From positions 71,617,289 to 71,681,288 of the forward strand of contig NC_068990.1 of assembly GCF_001194135.2 (NCBI RefSeq): 64,000 bases of DNA. The letters are read 5' to 3'. A program made the translations under genes and the position numbers. Below, piece after piece: positions 50,396-63,392 of this stretch. Source of the DNA: Octopus bimaculoides. Lineage: Eukaryota. The notes beneath the pieces were generated by a model. It was not told the DNA's origin. It did no database searches and saw only the letters and a list, made by a program, of their open reading frames with translations. Position 1 is the first letter of the stretch. Every line of letters begins with the position of its first letter.

Positions 50396-50910
50396 ATATA
50401 TATAAAAGATGAACAAACAAGAAAAAGAGAATCTATAATGGCAAATTTAAGATGGAAAGGCCCAAAATAAGAGGGACAAGGCAATGATAATGAATTATCT
50501 TATGGTATGGAAAATAAAATAGAGAAAATAATGCCGAGAGAAAATAGAACAATGACTTGTGGCCCTCAACAAACCAAGAAACTCAAACAAGAGTCCAGTT
50601 ATCACAAAAGCAAAGGAATGGGGAGAAAGGGGAAGATGAGCCAGGAGGTGGAAATTCCTAAATGGAGAGAGACAAGAGATAGTTACATGAGAGAGAGGGG
50701 GGAGACACAGGTGAGAAGAACAAAACAGAGAGGATAACAGAAAATGGAAAAGGTGATGGACAGTAATAGAGTTGATTGTAGTGTATGGCTGGTACTTATT
50801 GAATCATCATCCCCTACATAAACGTTGAACCAATGAGTGTTTCTATTGTTGTGAGAAATTGATCAATTAAATAATTAGTTAATCTTTCTAATTAGTTATC
50901 TCATACTTAC

Positions 50911-51021
50911 TCTTGTTTCAATCAACTTAGTAGAATCATTCTGGAATAATAGTTTTAACTTTGATTTGCCATCGTCAGAGGAACCTTTCAGCTGAGAGAA
51001 TCTATATGTCCACATGTAACT
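50911..51021 (-). CDS. SNTG1: Gamma-syntrophin-like exon (SYMWTYRFSQLKGSSDDGKSKLKLLFQNDSTKLIETR)
   Basis: Acceptor tgtattgcag and donor AGA|gtaagt. Contains the diagnostic W.Y.FSQLKGSSDDGKSK.K.LFQN motif of gamma-syntrophins. Confidence 0.96.
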
Positions 51022-54000
51022 CTGCAATACAATCAGTGTTTCACTAATTAACATTTAAGAAATAATTTAGTATTTCTTTCTTACACTTGTACATAACAAA
51101 TATACCAATATGATGAGAAAAAAAGAAAAAAAAATGAAATTCATATATTATTTTTCCCTGCTGGTATGAAAACAATTAAGATTTAATGTATTCAATTATT
51201 AAGGCTGAAAATTTTTCAGATAAACTCATTGAGATGATATCTCTTATGAAATACACTTCAGCTATGTGTTTCAAGTAATTTTGAAAATAATTGAGAATTT
51301 GTAAAGATTTAGTAAAACTGTCTTTTCTTTATTATTGAGCTGATGTTTGTAAAATTACCTTAACAAAAGCAATTTCAATAAAATTACAATGGAAACATTT
51401 TTATTTAAATGTGAACAATTTAAAACAAAACCTTTTGTTTCATTGACTCAAGGGTGATCTCAAAATGGTTAAATGAAAATATAAAGAGAATACAACACTC
51501 CAGAAATCTCTATAGAAATTTTACTTTATTTAAAGCTGGCAGTAATTTTAAAGAAAGAGCCCGAATCAGCTTTTATTATTTATACTGATTTGTTAATCAG
51601 CAGTTTTTGCATTTAGTTCATTGCTCATTTATCTTTTATTTAAAGACCATTGATTGAAATGTTTAAGAAAATTTTATAAAATGTGAGAAAACAANNNNNN
51701 NNNNNNNNNNNNNNNNNNNNNNNNNNNNNNNNNNNNNNNNNNNNNNNNNNNNNNNNNNNNNNNNNNNNNNNNNNNNNNNNNNNNNNNNNNNNNNNNNNNN
51801 NNNNNNNNNNNNNNNNNNNNNNNNNNNNNNNNNNNNNNNNNNNNNNNNNNNNNNNNNNNNNNNNNNNNNNNNNNNNNNNNNNNNNNNNNNNGTGTATACT
51901 CTTTTACTCTTTTACTTAGTTTCAGTCATTCGACTCTGGCCATGCTGGGGCACCATTTTGAAGGGCGTAGAGGAACAAACCAAGCCCAGTTCTTATTTTT
52001 GAAGTCTGGTACATTTTCTATTAGTCTGTTTTGTGGACCTGCTAAGTTATGGGGGTGTAAACAAACCAATACTGGCTGTCAAGCAGCGGAGGAGGGGGGG
52101 ACATGAAGACACACACACATACACACGTGTGTGCAACAGGCTTCTGCATATTTTTCATCAACAAAAGTTCCTCATAAGGCATTAGTTGGCCTGGGGCTAT
52201 ATTAGAAGACACTTCTCCCAAGGTATCACATAGTAGGACTGAACACAAAACCATGTGATAGCCATGTTCACAACATATATACACACACATACATACATAA
52301 ACAAAATAGTTCATACATATGTACAAGATTTATCCTCCATCACACACGTCCACAAGCGCACAGGTACATACCTATATAGACAGACCCATGCACATGCACA
52401 CACATATACACACACAGAATCAGATTTAAATAATTATAATAATGCTTTATATTCATCAAGTGTCACAAATATTAAAGAATATTTAGAGTTACTTTCCCAA
52501 ACGGATGTATAATCACAGAAGTTAACTAATGTTTCTGCACAAGAAAGACACACGACTGACTGCCTCAGTCTATGAGGCTAGAACCAGGATCCACTTCTTA
52601 ACAGTAAAAGAGGTTTGCAGTAGAAGGAACATCCAAAAGTAACAAACAACTAGCACTCCATTGGTTATGATGATGAGAGTTCCAATTGATCTGATCAACA
52701 GAGCAGTCTGCTTGTAAAATTAATGAGCAAGTGGCTGAGCACTCCACAGACACGTGTACCCTTAATGTAGTTCTTAATGAGAGAGAGAGAGAGAGAGCTA
52801 ACATAGAGTCACTCCATTTACTAAAAACAGCAGCTAAATTTATTTCATATCATAAATGGATCTCCAACAGTTTTGATGATGAGCACTCAGTTATTTGAGC
52901 ACCTGAACTTCCTGCTCAGTGAATTACCTTTTAGGTAGCTTAGTATTCTCCAAAAGTGTGTACCATTAATGTAATTTTCAAACAGAACCAGCATGAGACA
53001 AGGCTGGACTTTTGAATCACTGGTACAATCTACCTGACAGGCTTCTGCACAGCTTTCATTTATGCACACAGCTTACAGGTCAAGGTGAGGAACCTATGGT
53101 AAATGACACAAGCAAAAATGCCATGCAGTGACATCAGACTAATGACTTCATGATTGAGAAGTGAACTTTTTAACTAGCCATGCCAGGTCCATACTTTATC
53201 ATCTTACAAAACAATATGTTGGATAGTGTAGTCCTAGATATTCTATATCTGAAAAGACAGGTTGGTCATAATTGGCATACCTTTTATCATAGGAGTGATC
53301 TTGCAGCTGAACAAAACAACAGGAGTGTAGAAATATATTGGACAGTGAAGAAAACATAACATGTCAACCACAGAAGACTGCAGTTCAGTGAATGTCAGAA
53401 TGTACATCAACTAAGAGCTGACATAATATATTTGGATCTATGGATTGAAGATCATCCTATTGTATTTTCCAGTATCTAACTCAAAGTGTATAGTGTAAAC
53501 ATGTAGTATAAACATTCAAACATCTTTGCAAATCCAGCTGCATTTTACATGGAACTTTTGGTCCTCCAAAGTCATCTTGGTGTGTAAGCCAACCTATCTT
53601 TTTTTTTTTTTTTTTTTTTTTTTGTAAATTTTGGTCTGAACAATTCGAGTTGTATGCAACATAATATGATAGTTATTTGATTGGATATCTATGTGGCATA
53701 GATCTCCTTGATCAGAGGTTACACAACTAGTAACATCAACAAAAGAATATCTATGCAGTCCTCAGCCTAAAAGAAATAATCAGAATAACCAATCTTAAGA
53801 AAAGAATATTTGTCAGTATAGTCTTGGCTACCACACTATCTGAGGAGAGGACTGGATGGTCAGGGCTGAAACATCTTTGATCAAAGATCAGCTCAATCAG
53901 AGCTGAATTGGTGCTAAATAACAACACAAAAACATCAGTAACATCAACAAAGATAACTTTACTACAACACCTATGACAACAATAATAACAATGAGGCATG

Positions 54001-54063
54001 CTCTTATTAGCAAGCCAATTGCCCCAGAGTTTAAATATTCTGAGTGAAACAAACTTCACTTAC

Positions 54064-54156
54064 CCGTGTTTCACTGTCGTATAGGGAAAAACCAACATGG
54101 ATATCTAATGTTAACCCTGATAGACAACTCCTCCAAGTACAGCCAAATGTTTTACT
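54064..54156 (-). CDS. SNTG1: Gamma-syntrophin-like exon, start of syntrophin-unique domain (SKTFGCTWRSCLSGLTLDIHVGFSLYDSETR)
   Basis: Acceptor attacttccag and donor CGG|gtaagt. 93 nt, phase 0-0. Confidence 0.92.
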
Positions 54157-54915
54157 CTGGAAGTAATACAAATAAAATTTGCATATAGAGACAAAAAACA
54201 GAGGGTGACAATAGAGACAGGAGGATATATAATGTTATAGTTGGTGTAAAACTTCTCCATGCACAACCAAATATTTAAATAAAGTTTATAGTTTAAGCTC
54301 TCATCATCTAGCATAAAACCATCTTCCTCTCTACTCTAGTCTTATTCAGTCGAAGAGGATCTTAGTCTTGCAAGCTACATGATAACCTCACTGGTGCTGA
54401 TGTCATGAATAAAAAGCACCAGTGCACTCTTTAAAGTGGTTGGCATGAGGAATGGGATCCAAATATAGAATCCATGCCAAAACTGACATTGGAACACAGC
54501 ACAATCCTTAAAATGTGTCAGATACTGTCAAAACATCCAATCCATGTCAGCATAGAAAATGGACTTTAAATAGGTATGAAATGAATATACCATCCTTATT
54601 TAACTGTTTTGTATACCAGCATAGGCTGGACAGTTTGACAGGATCCAATGAGCTTCAGGGCTCTGTTAGGCTCCTGTGTCAACTTAGACATAGCTTCTGT
54701 ATCTGGATAGCCTTCCTAATGCCAATATATATATATATATATAAAGGACACAGGTTTCGTGTGTCACATAGCTAGCTAGAGGCGATGGCTTCTTGGAGCT
54801 AATTCACGGCAGCTTTCGTCCTAATTTTGGGACTGCCATGTTGGCTTGGCGATAACTATTAATTTCCAGTACCGCTGCCGTAGTCTCCTTTAGAGAGACT
54901 TAGAAATATTAATAA

Positions 54916-54957
<42 letters not shown>

Positions 54958-55200
54958 GAATGGTGTGTGTATGGTGTGTATTTATGTGCATGACACATCA
55001 GGTAAGTATATATTGGACAGTGAAAATGTGTGTTTATGAGGATGTATGAGTGTGTATATGTGTGAATGTAAGTGTGTGTGTGTGCATACATGCATGTGCA
55101 TGTGTGTCTGTTGCCAAAAACCTGGAATGAGCAAATCCAAAGAGCCAGTTTTTACATTCGGTAATGAAACATTAATATTTAAATAAAATACGATGGTAAC

Positions 55201-55353
55201 CTTTAGTAGGCTCACAGCATGATGATTGGTCCGGTACCAAGCTTTTTCTAATTGCAGCACTTCAGAACGACTTTCCAAACTAAGATAAATACTACTACCA
55301 CTTCCAGTCTGGATGATAAAGCAATGTTGGCGGTCATCAGTTAACTCTGTGTC
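55201..55353 (-). CDS. SNTG1: Gamma-syntrophin-like exon (DTELTDDRQHCFIIQTGSGSSIYLSLESRSEVLQLEKAWYRTNHHAVSLLK)
   Basis: Acceptor attttttcatag and a weak donor AAG|gttacc, whose position is fixed by the phase-0 start of the next exon. Corresponds to DSDLLDRRKQCFTVQSESGEDLYFSVE. Confidence 0.9.
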
Positions 55354-55529
55354 CTATGAAAAAATAGGAGAGAAATATAGGATTAGAGCAATGTCTGTTT
55401 TTTTTTTTTAGTGATGTCTCCTATAGCAAACTTACAGCAACACTTTGAAGTTACAAAAATACCCCTTCACCTATAGTCATTTATATATACTTAAGGTGAT
55501 GTCCATAAACATACAGACAATCTGTATGT

Positions 55530-55700
55530 TTATGGAAGGTGTTCTTCCATCAAGGCAAGTCTCGGCCACATACAGTGAAGATGACATTCCAAAGGCTGGA
55601 GCAGTTTGAATGAGAAATGATGCCCCATCCACCATATTCACTGGACATTGTCCCATCTGATAATCATTTATTCCACAGTCTGCATATTGTGATGAACTAC
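55530..55700 (+). mobile_element. Mariner transposase catalytic-domain remnant
   Basis: HQGKSRPHT...F..LEQFE*EMMPHPPYSLDIVPSDNHLFHSL resembles HDNARPH...L.HPPYSPDLAPSDYHLF. Confidence 0.85.
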
Positions 55701-56244
55701 ATCTACCAAGATTATGACGGATCTCCGAGACCACCCCCTCACCCCCAAAACAGCTTTTGGACTTATAACACCTTTAATTTTCTCTGTTGTTTGTACTCTG
55801 TGTAAGTTGGATCTATTAATATAAATGTCTATATATTTATACTTAAATATTCATCGTCTAAAAGTCTTCACATTTTGCTTTCTCTCATTTTTCATGTTTA
55901 CATATATACATATTTTGTATTTCATAGGCAAACTGTTATATTTAATATGTCTAATTTGTTTATCCACATAATTGCCTTCATATCTGCTAAACTTGATCCC
56001 TCTTATAGCAATTCCTTACCCCATGGAATTGATCCCCTGTAAAGACATTGGAGTCCAAGTTTAAATCATTTGTCTTCTATACTGAGAATCTCTGGATCTT
56101 GCCTGTTGACTATATATATATATATATACACACACACATATAATTTGATGCATATTCTATTACTTAAGTGATAGAAAGAAATGTTCAATTAATCTTTTTA
56201 AGTACACTTTGCTGTAAGTACACACACATAGAGTCTTCACTGAC

Positions 56245-56316
56245 CTTGAGAATCTTGAACATTGATTCATAAACCTTTGACACACGTTCACATTGATTCC
56301 AGTCTCGCAGATCAGC
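56245..56316 (-). CDS. SNTG1: Gamma-syntrophin-like exon (ADLRDWNQCERVSKVYESMFKILK)
   Basis: Acceptor ttttctttcag and donor AAG|gtcagt. 72 nt. Corresponds to SNTG DW..AE..F.VYE.MCKILK. Confidence 0.92.
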
Positions 56317-57304
56317 CTGAAAGAAAATGTAATAATAGAGGCACATCAACAGACAAATCTTGGAGAATTATTCCTGTGAAAAGCAGAAGGAAAATATTAT
56401 TTAGGAAAGGAGTTTTTTTTTTTTAACACAATGTCTTACATAAATATATTTCAAAGAGTATTATCTCAAACAATGATATTCTTTTCTAAATTTTATTCAT
56501 TTTTAGTCTAAATATTATGGTATGTTTAAAAGAGGGGAAACTGGAGACTTGCTGCTGCAGAAGAAGTACACTTGCAAAAAAGGAAACAAAAACGGGATTG
56601 TCAGATAATATTTTCAAATACAGTTGCTGCAGCTGAGACAGTCCTTCACATATGACAGCTGCTGCTGCTGCTGCTGCTGCCAATTTGAATGAAGCAAGAC
56701 TTGCTAGTGCAGGTCCATGGTGTTGCAGGATTAATAGATCTCATTAGACATAAGGTATGTTGTTTACATGCTGTTTGTCTTTGATATGAGTGAATCTAAG
56801 GAAAGAATGGGAAGAGGTAATGATATCTAAGAAGAAATGAAGTAGGATGAAGGTGGTGGAGAGCTTGCCAAGTTGCAGTTCATCTAAGCAACTCATGCCA
56901 GCATGGAAAAATGGACATTAATAGGTGTAGGCATGGCTGTGTGGTAAGAAGCTTGCTTCCCAACCACAGGGTTTTGGGTTCAGTACCATAGCATGGAACC
57001 TAGGGCAAGTGTCTTCTATAGCCTCAGGCTGACCAAAGCTTTGTGAGTGGATCTGATAGATGGAGATGGAAAGAGGCCCATTGTATATATATGCCAGCAT
57101 GGATAATGGACGTTAAATAATGATGATGATGGTGTGTTGTTATTGTTGTGTCTGTTTGTCCTCCGCCACTGCTTCACAACTGGTGTTGGTGTATTTACGC
57201 CCCTGTAAGAGACCAATAAAGTAAGTACCAGACTAAAATTTCAAGGTGGTGCCCCAGCATGGCCACAATCTAATGACTAAAATAAGTAAAAGATAAGAGC
57301 TTAA

Positions 57305-57526
57305 TCCTTTTGTTACCATATTTCTGTTGAGATGTTCTGAGCTTCTTTCAATCAATTTTAAATATAACAAAAAAATTTAGTAAAATAACTTAGTTATTAT
57401 TAAGCTAGTGTTAGGAACATAAATTGTGACTAAGGTTTGGTGGAAGATTTTAATTCAGAACTTTTGAAAACAAAACATTTGTACTACAGAGCCAAAGGTG
57501 GTTTCAGCTGGGTTGGTATCAAAAGG
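57305..57526. mobile_element. piggyBac-like MITE (family 2), second copy
   Basis: TTAA flanks and internal similarity to 35407-35618. Confidence 0.72.
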
Positions 57527-57559
57527 TTAAAGTGATGATGTTTAGCTTCACAAAAGTAA

Positions 57560-58045
57560 CGTTGCCTCAGCAGAAAAGGATGTCCAAGCAGGGTTTGCAA
57601 AAGTATGGAATTCCCTAGAATTATATGGAAGTCCCCACTTCTCGACAACATGAAGAGGGGTTTCTTCAAAGTAGTCTTTGACTCAGTGCTTCTCTATGGC
57701 TCTTCAGCCTGAACACTCAACAAGAGACTTGTAAAGAAGCTTGATGGTACACAAGACTGCTTTGTGCACTTCTCAACTTTTCTTGGCAGCAATGCTCCAG
57801 GAAGCAGTGACTGCATGGCAATCTTCCCACCATCATCTCGGTAATCAGAAGAAGAAGACATTATGCAGGAGCAAGGATCAAATATCCAATGAACTCCTCC
57901 TCAGCAAACCCATGCATGGAGATTCTGGTACAAGCAGACCAAGAAGAGCATATATTAATCAACTTGTGTGGGATGCAGGATATCAGGTGGAGGATATGAA
58001 GACTGCTATGGAAGATGAAGACATCTGGCATAGAAAGGTTGTACT
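57560..58045 (+). mobile_element. Decayed non-LTR retrotransposon C-terminus, distinct from the RTE fragments above
   Basis: FKVVFDSVLLYGSSA*TLNKRLVKKLDG...ELLL.KP.HG..GTSRPRRAYINQL..DAG..VEDMKTAMED..IW. Confidence 0.7.
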
Positions 58046-58086
58046 GATCTGGGAAGGAAGGAAAGAAAGAAGGAATGAAGAAAAGT

Positions 58087-58118
<32 letters not shown>

Positions 58119-60059
58119 AATAAAGAAAAATAGATAGACATAACCTTCAAGTCAGTCCTGATTGAGCAGACATATGATCAAAGGTGTTTTGGCTATGATA
58201 TTATCTTTTCTTTATTAGACATAGTATGACTAGAACTACATTATTCAATCTATCCTGTTTTTTTTTTTAAAATAAAGAAGATTGTAAGGTGGTATTTGAG
58301 GGGAATCTGGCTGCTATTTCAAATAGTTTGAATAACCTCCTGGAAGTTCCTTAACTGAATTATTAAAATGAAGATGATGATGGGGTGGTGGTGATGATGA
58401 TGATGGTGCTGGTGTTATTAAAGATAATTATGATGTCTACATAAATGTGTTGATACTTATTAAGAAGATAACCAATCACTAATTAGTTACCATTAACGTT
58501 TGAAAATTTGCTTCTATTCTAGATTTTAAGGAGTTTTTCTTAATCATAAACATACTTTTATTACCCTTTTATTTTCTTCATCATTAACATCTTTGTTTTT
58601 TCTATTTTTGTATTACTTTTTTGCTTTAGTTACACAAACCCAACTAACTAGAAATATCTTTAAAGCTTTTTAGTGATTTTTTTTTAATGAGAAAATAAAA
58701 TTGCACTGAATAAACACATCCAAGTTTTATGTCAAAATATTTATATTAAGAAAATAATATGAAACATAAAAGTATATCATAAACCTTTTCACACAATTCC
58801 AATAACAACATTTAGAAAATAAAAGAAAACTGCAGTAAGAAAAAGGAAGCAATCAGGAATTTGAGGTTTCTTTTAAATTATTATTATTATTATTATCATT
58901 ATTATTTACTTTTTTTTTTTGCTAATGATGTCATATTCTTTGTGTCTGTATAATATATCACAAGAAATAAATGACTGTTACTTGAAGCAATGTCTTTGAT
59001 GAGCAAATATAGCTGAAGGATATATTTTTATCTAACAAACGTATTAAACACTATGGTTCATGTCATTTGTTGTCTGATGTACTGCTGTAGAACTAGGCAA
59101 TTAAAGAAAACAGACACTGAATCTAGTATAATATGATATGATATGGGTTAGGTGATTTTTAGGTCAGGCCATAAAATAAGTTAGCCCGGAAGGAGCTTAG
59201 GTGTGAAACCCCAATTGTCAACAGGGAATTTTAAGGGCCAATCTTTCTAGTGCTGGTGGCATGACAAGCACCCATGCTATAAAGTGGTTGGTGCTAGGAA
59301 GAGCAATCAGCTATAAAAGCCATTAAAAAAAAAATCAATCAAACAAAAAATAACATAAGATACACAACGACAAAGACAAGTGGTTTTTCTCTGTTACTGA
59401 GTGTGCCAGATTATAAAGGACTCTAACCAAGGATGAGATACTGTGAAACTCATTCAACCTATGACAGCATGGTAAAACAGATAAAAAAAAATCATGATGA
59501 TAATGAGTTGGAAGAGGTGAGGGCCTTTATAACATTGCTCAGAGTGTTAAAAATAGCAGCCAAATCTTCAATACATCCCACCCTTCTTTCTTCAAAAGTA
59601 AGTGGAAAGGCACATCGTAAACAATGTAGTTCAAGACAATGATGAAAAAAAAAAAAAAAGATGAGATGTTTGTGGCTGGAATGCTTTTGCTTCTAGATCT
59701 ACTTGATGAAGACTAACCTGGAGTTAAACAACAACAGAAGATATTTTGCAAGTTAAGGGTTCACAGTGCTCAGGTGGTGTTCTGTAGATGGCAATGTAAG
59801 CAGTACAGAACTACATATGAATTTAAGGGATTCACAACTACAAGTATTTTTATGTAAATGTATTTTTATGTAAGGAGTACATAACTACATATTGTTGTTC
59901 TAATCTAGATGGAGATGCAAGCAATAAGTGCTCAGACGTAGACAGGACATAGAAGAAATTATACTTTAATGAAATAACAATGAACAGAGAACGTATATAT
60001 GGCAAAAAATATTGGTAATATTTCTACACTGTAAACAAGAAAGTTGTATTAAAACTTAC

Positions 60060-60176
60060 AGGAGGAGTATCAAACAAGAATATTTCACTTCCTTTTAATG
60101 CAAGAAATTTTGCTCTCCAAGCTTGGCATTGTCGGTTGACCTGAACTTTTTCAAAACACCAACAAACATGGAATAT
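60060..60176 (-). CDS. SNTG1: Gamma-syntrophin-like exon, start of PH2 (IFHVCWCFEKVQVNRQCQAWRAKFLALKGSEIFLFDTPP)
   Basis: Acceptor taatttgcag and donor CCT|gtaagt. Contains the FLALKGS...F..PP motif. 117 nt, phase 0-0. Confidence 0.93.
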
Positions 60177-60424
60177 CTGCAAATTAATGATAAAAAACAA
60201 GAAGCAAAAATATAGTATACTTCAGAACTCAAAAATATGCAGCAGTTATTTATCTATATCTTAGGAGAATGAGTTGTTGAAGTGCCTATATTTTGCTTAG
60301 GCCCCTCTACTCTTTAACCTTAGTGAAATTTATATAACAGATGCTAAAATTTATATTGAACTCTGATGGTAAATCCAAAAAGTACCATCACTTCTATCAC
60401 ACTTACATCAGTTTTAAATTGATT

Positions 60425-61767
60425 GTATAGGTTTTCTTCAAGCATCTTGCTACATGTTGCAAATGGTGCTTAGTCATTTCCTTAGTGAAGTTCAACCTCC
60501 CGAGATCAGCTTTCACCACTTCTTCCTATGTCTTTCTCGAGCTTCTTCCTCTTCTTCTTCTGCAGGTCCTTCTCTTTACTTAACTGTCATCCATATGCAT
60601 CACGTGTTTGCACCAGTGCAGTCTTCTGACTTGCACTCTAACTGCAAATTGTAGCTAAACCCAGTTTTTCTTTCAGCTCACCTATACTATCATTCATTCA
60701 CATTAGCAATACACACCCATCAGAGTATGCACATGACTTTCCAGCTTTCACAGTCTGTGCTTCACTATCATGAACATCACAATTTAGTACACAAACAATG
60801 TATAATTCAGACTTCACTGAGAGAGAAAACCTAAATCCCTCTGTTGTCAGTAGCAGTAAAAGCTCTCTGAACTTTTCCCTCCTTGTTCTCATGCTAGTTA
60901 CTATGCTTTTGAAAGAGCTTCTTGCACTGCTGACAAGGTCATTTAGGTAACAGAAACTAACATTTTCTTCCAGGGAGCCAGTTGAGAATTTGCAATTTAT
61001 TTCATGGCTATTTTTACTACAAACAACTTCTGTGCATTTGTTACACACAAAATTCTGACAGCCTGTCAGTAATCCCAGTGCAACTCTTTTATATATATAT
61101 TGTTTATAATGGAAATGTATTACAGAGTTCTTGCTTACACCTTTGCTGCATATTGAGCAGGATTATGTCCCTGATGGCAACAAAACCATGTGCTCTTTCC
61201 TGCTAAAAATTTTGTCTTTATAAGGTTTACTTAAATACTTTTTGTGGACCAAGTTATGAAAGCAACAGATAATGTTACAGGAAACAATTAATTAGGAAGA
61301 AAATTAGCTTAGATGCGATATGTTTTGGGTTTGCATCTGGATAGGGTACCACTGGTGTTCTTGTTCTGGTGAGGCAACTACAAAAGAAGTTCTTATCACA
61401 AATTAGGCCATGCTATTTAGTATTTGTTGACCTAGAGTAGGCCTCCAACAGGTACCATGCTCTAGTGTACAATGGTTGCTAACAAAAGGAAAAAAAATCT
61501 AGGTGTAGATGATTGGTTTGTTAGAGCCATATGCAAACTATGTACAGAAATGCTGTAAGCAAAATTACGAGTTAACAATCAGTTCAGCAAAGAATTTAGT
61601 CAGCTGCCAAGTGTCCCACAGAGGTTAGGTCATATTAACTTTAGTTTCCCAGGCCACAACAGTGAAGTGAAGTGTGCATGGAAACTTTTGTATTGAGATG
61701 GCTAAGTCCTCTAAGTTGAATCTACTGAAGAATTAGAGATGAAATTCCAAACATAGAAGCAAAATCC
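60425..61767. mobile_element. Decayed RTE LINE with inverted 5' segment
   Basis: The + piece (~61245-61767) reads DQVMKA...RQLQKKFL..VFVDLE...ELLY...ESTEELEMKFQT*KQN. The - piece (~61250 to 60425) continues with KVNL.KTK, SCSICSKG, FCYL.DL, KFRELL. Confidence 0.75.
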
Positions 61768-62554
61768 AATAACATAAGCAGATAAAATTTAGGTTGAAAA
61801 CAGTTATACTGTAAGCACTAAATGAATATATGTACTCTGATAATCTTGGGTCAGAACTTAGAAACACATTGACAAGAACAATGAAATACGATTAAGTATT
61901 TTCGCTTAATATTTGTTAAATCAAGAGTTAGTGATTAATAAGAAATGTAACAGGTTTTAAAAATAACTTTTACTTTATTAATCCACTTTTCAAATAGATT
62001 AATGTAAAAAAAAAAAGGACAATGAACACAGCATTGATGGTTCATAATGTGTACAATGTATAGAAGCCCAAGAGTTTGTTTAGAGCATAAAACTAAACAG
62101 AGTCAGCCATTGAATTCTGCAAATGACCATTATCTTAACATTCACATAATCAATATACATATTTCAACAAAACAATACACTCATACAATGGTCCCCTTGT
62201 AAAATTGATTTCTTACACAGCCAGAAGGCATCATATTTATACAGTATAGGGAAAAGTAAATTTGCAACATTCATATACTTTTCTCAAAAGCATTAGCAAG
62301 ACAAATAAAGTAAAATGGCTTCAATTAAGATTGAAATCAAGTTTGGAATATAATTTTTTTTTTATTGGAGTGCTTTCGAAAAAGTGAAAATCTAATCACT
62401 TCTATTTTTCTACTAAGTTGTGAAATATAACTCTTTTCAGTTAAGAATAAGAAATTTTCAAATAAACTAGCCCTAATCTAGTTGGCAAATATGCACCCTG
62501 TCCATATCTTTCAGTAACAGCCATTAAAAAAAAAACAAAAAAAAAAAAACTCAC

Positions 62555-62593
62555 CTGTTCCTCTGGAATTAACATTTTGTTCCATTTGGAAAT
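62555..62593 (-). CDS. SNTG1: Gamma-syntrophin-like 39-nt exon (ISKWNKMLIPEEQ)
   Basis: Acceptor atattttcag and donor CAG|gtgagt, phase 0-0. Corresponds to SNTG1 IKKINRNFPVNQQ. Confidence 0.88.
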
Positions 62594-63262
62594 CTGAAAA
62601 TATTGTGAAGAAAGGGAGAAAATAAAAGATAGGAAAAGATGCTGATGCTGAAAAAAAGATAAAAACTTTAAGTCTTAAAGATATGACTTAACAAAAGAAT
62701 GCATTCAGTGAAGGTGAACACATATTAAGAAGATGAATGGAATAATCAATGTATTGAATATTTCATCATTGCTAAATCAATGAATTATTTGCAGAACTTT
62801 CAATTTCCATTATTATATAGAATATAAAAGTACATTTAACCTCTCCAGTATCATCATCAACTTTCCAATTTATATTTTTTATATGTCTTTTTCACACTAG
62901 AATGGCTTATATAATACATTTTTCCATGCTTCATGAAATACAGAAAAAAAAATCAAATATACTTTAAAAGATACTAAATTTATATATTCCCTTTGAAGTT
63001 AAGTTGTTGTTTAGGCCAGTTTTGATCTAGCAGACCTATGATAAATAAAATTTCAATCATAAATAACTAGTCTTTTTTTCAATATAAATAAGAATACATT
63101 ATTTAATGTGTCCTTTTATTTTTAAGAAAGTAGAGTGTGATTTAAGGGTGTTTTGTGTTGCATTAAGACCCTTGCATTGATTCATTGCAGTTAAGTTTTT
63201 AATTTTAGTTCATCAAATTACTTTAGATTGTCAATCTGTAAAACAGTAAAAGGTTTTCTTAC

Positions 63263-63392
63263 TAAATTTCGAAATTGGTGATTAATTCCTTCAGATATGC
63301 ACTGAATCCATTCTGCTAAGGCTCTTGTGTCTTCACATACTACCACACCAGAAGTTACACCATCGACTCCAACAACCTCAAATGCATTAGGT
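63263..63392 (-). CDS. SNTG1: Gamma-syntrophin-like exon, C-terminal half of split PH1 (R-PNAFEVVGVDGVTSGVVVCEDTRALAEWIQCISEGINHQFRNL)
   Basis: Acceptor ttttatctag and donor TTA|gtaaga. Resembles vertebrate SNTG RQNAFQVIAVDGV..G...C.......W...I. Upstream exons lie beyond the window. It is probably a co-orthologue of SNTG1/SNTG2. Confidence 0.92.

Noticed and set aside
56486-56760. Poly-Ala ORFs on both strands and a + strand donor AAG|gtatgt inside a syntrophin intron
   Set aside because: Driven by a short (CTG)n repeat; the frames close quickly and show no homology.
60698-61048. 116-aa minus-strand ORF collinear with syntrophin
   Set aside because: It is RTE reverse-transcriptase remnant (FCYL.DL, KFRELL), not a syntrophin exon. 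The syntrophin exons join in frame without it.
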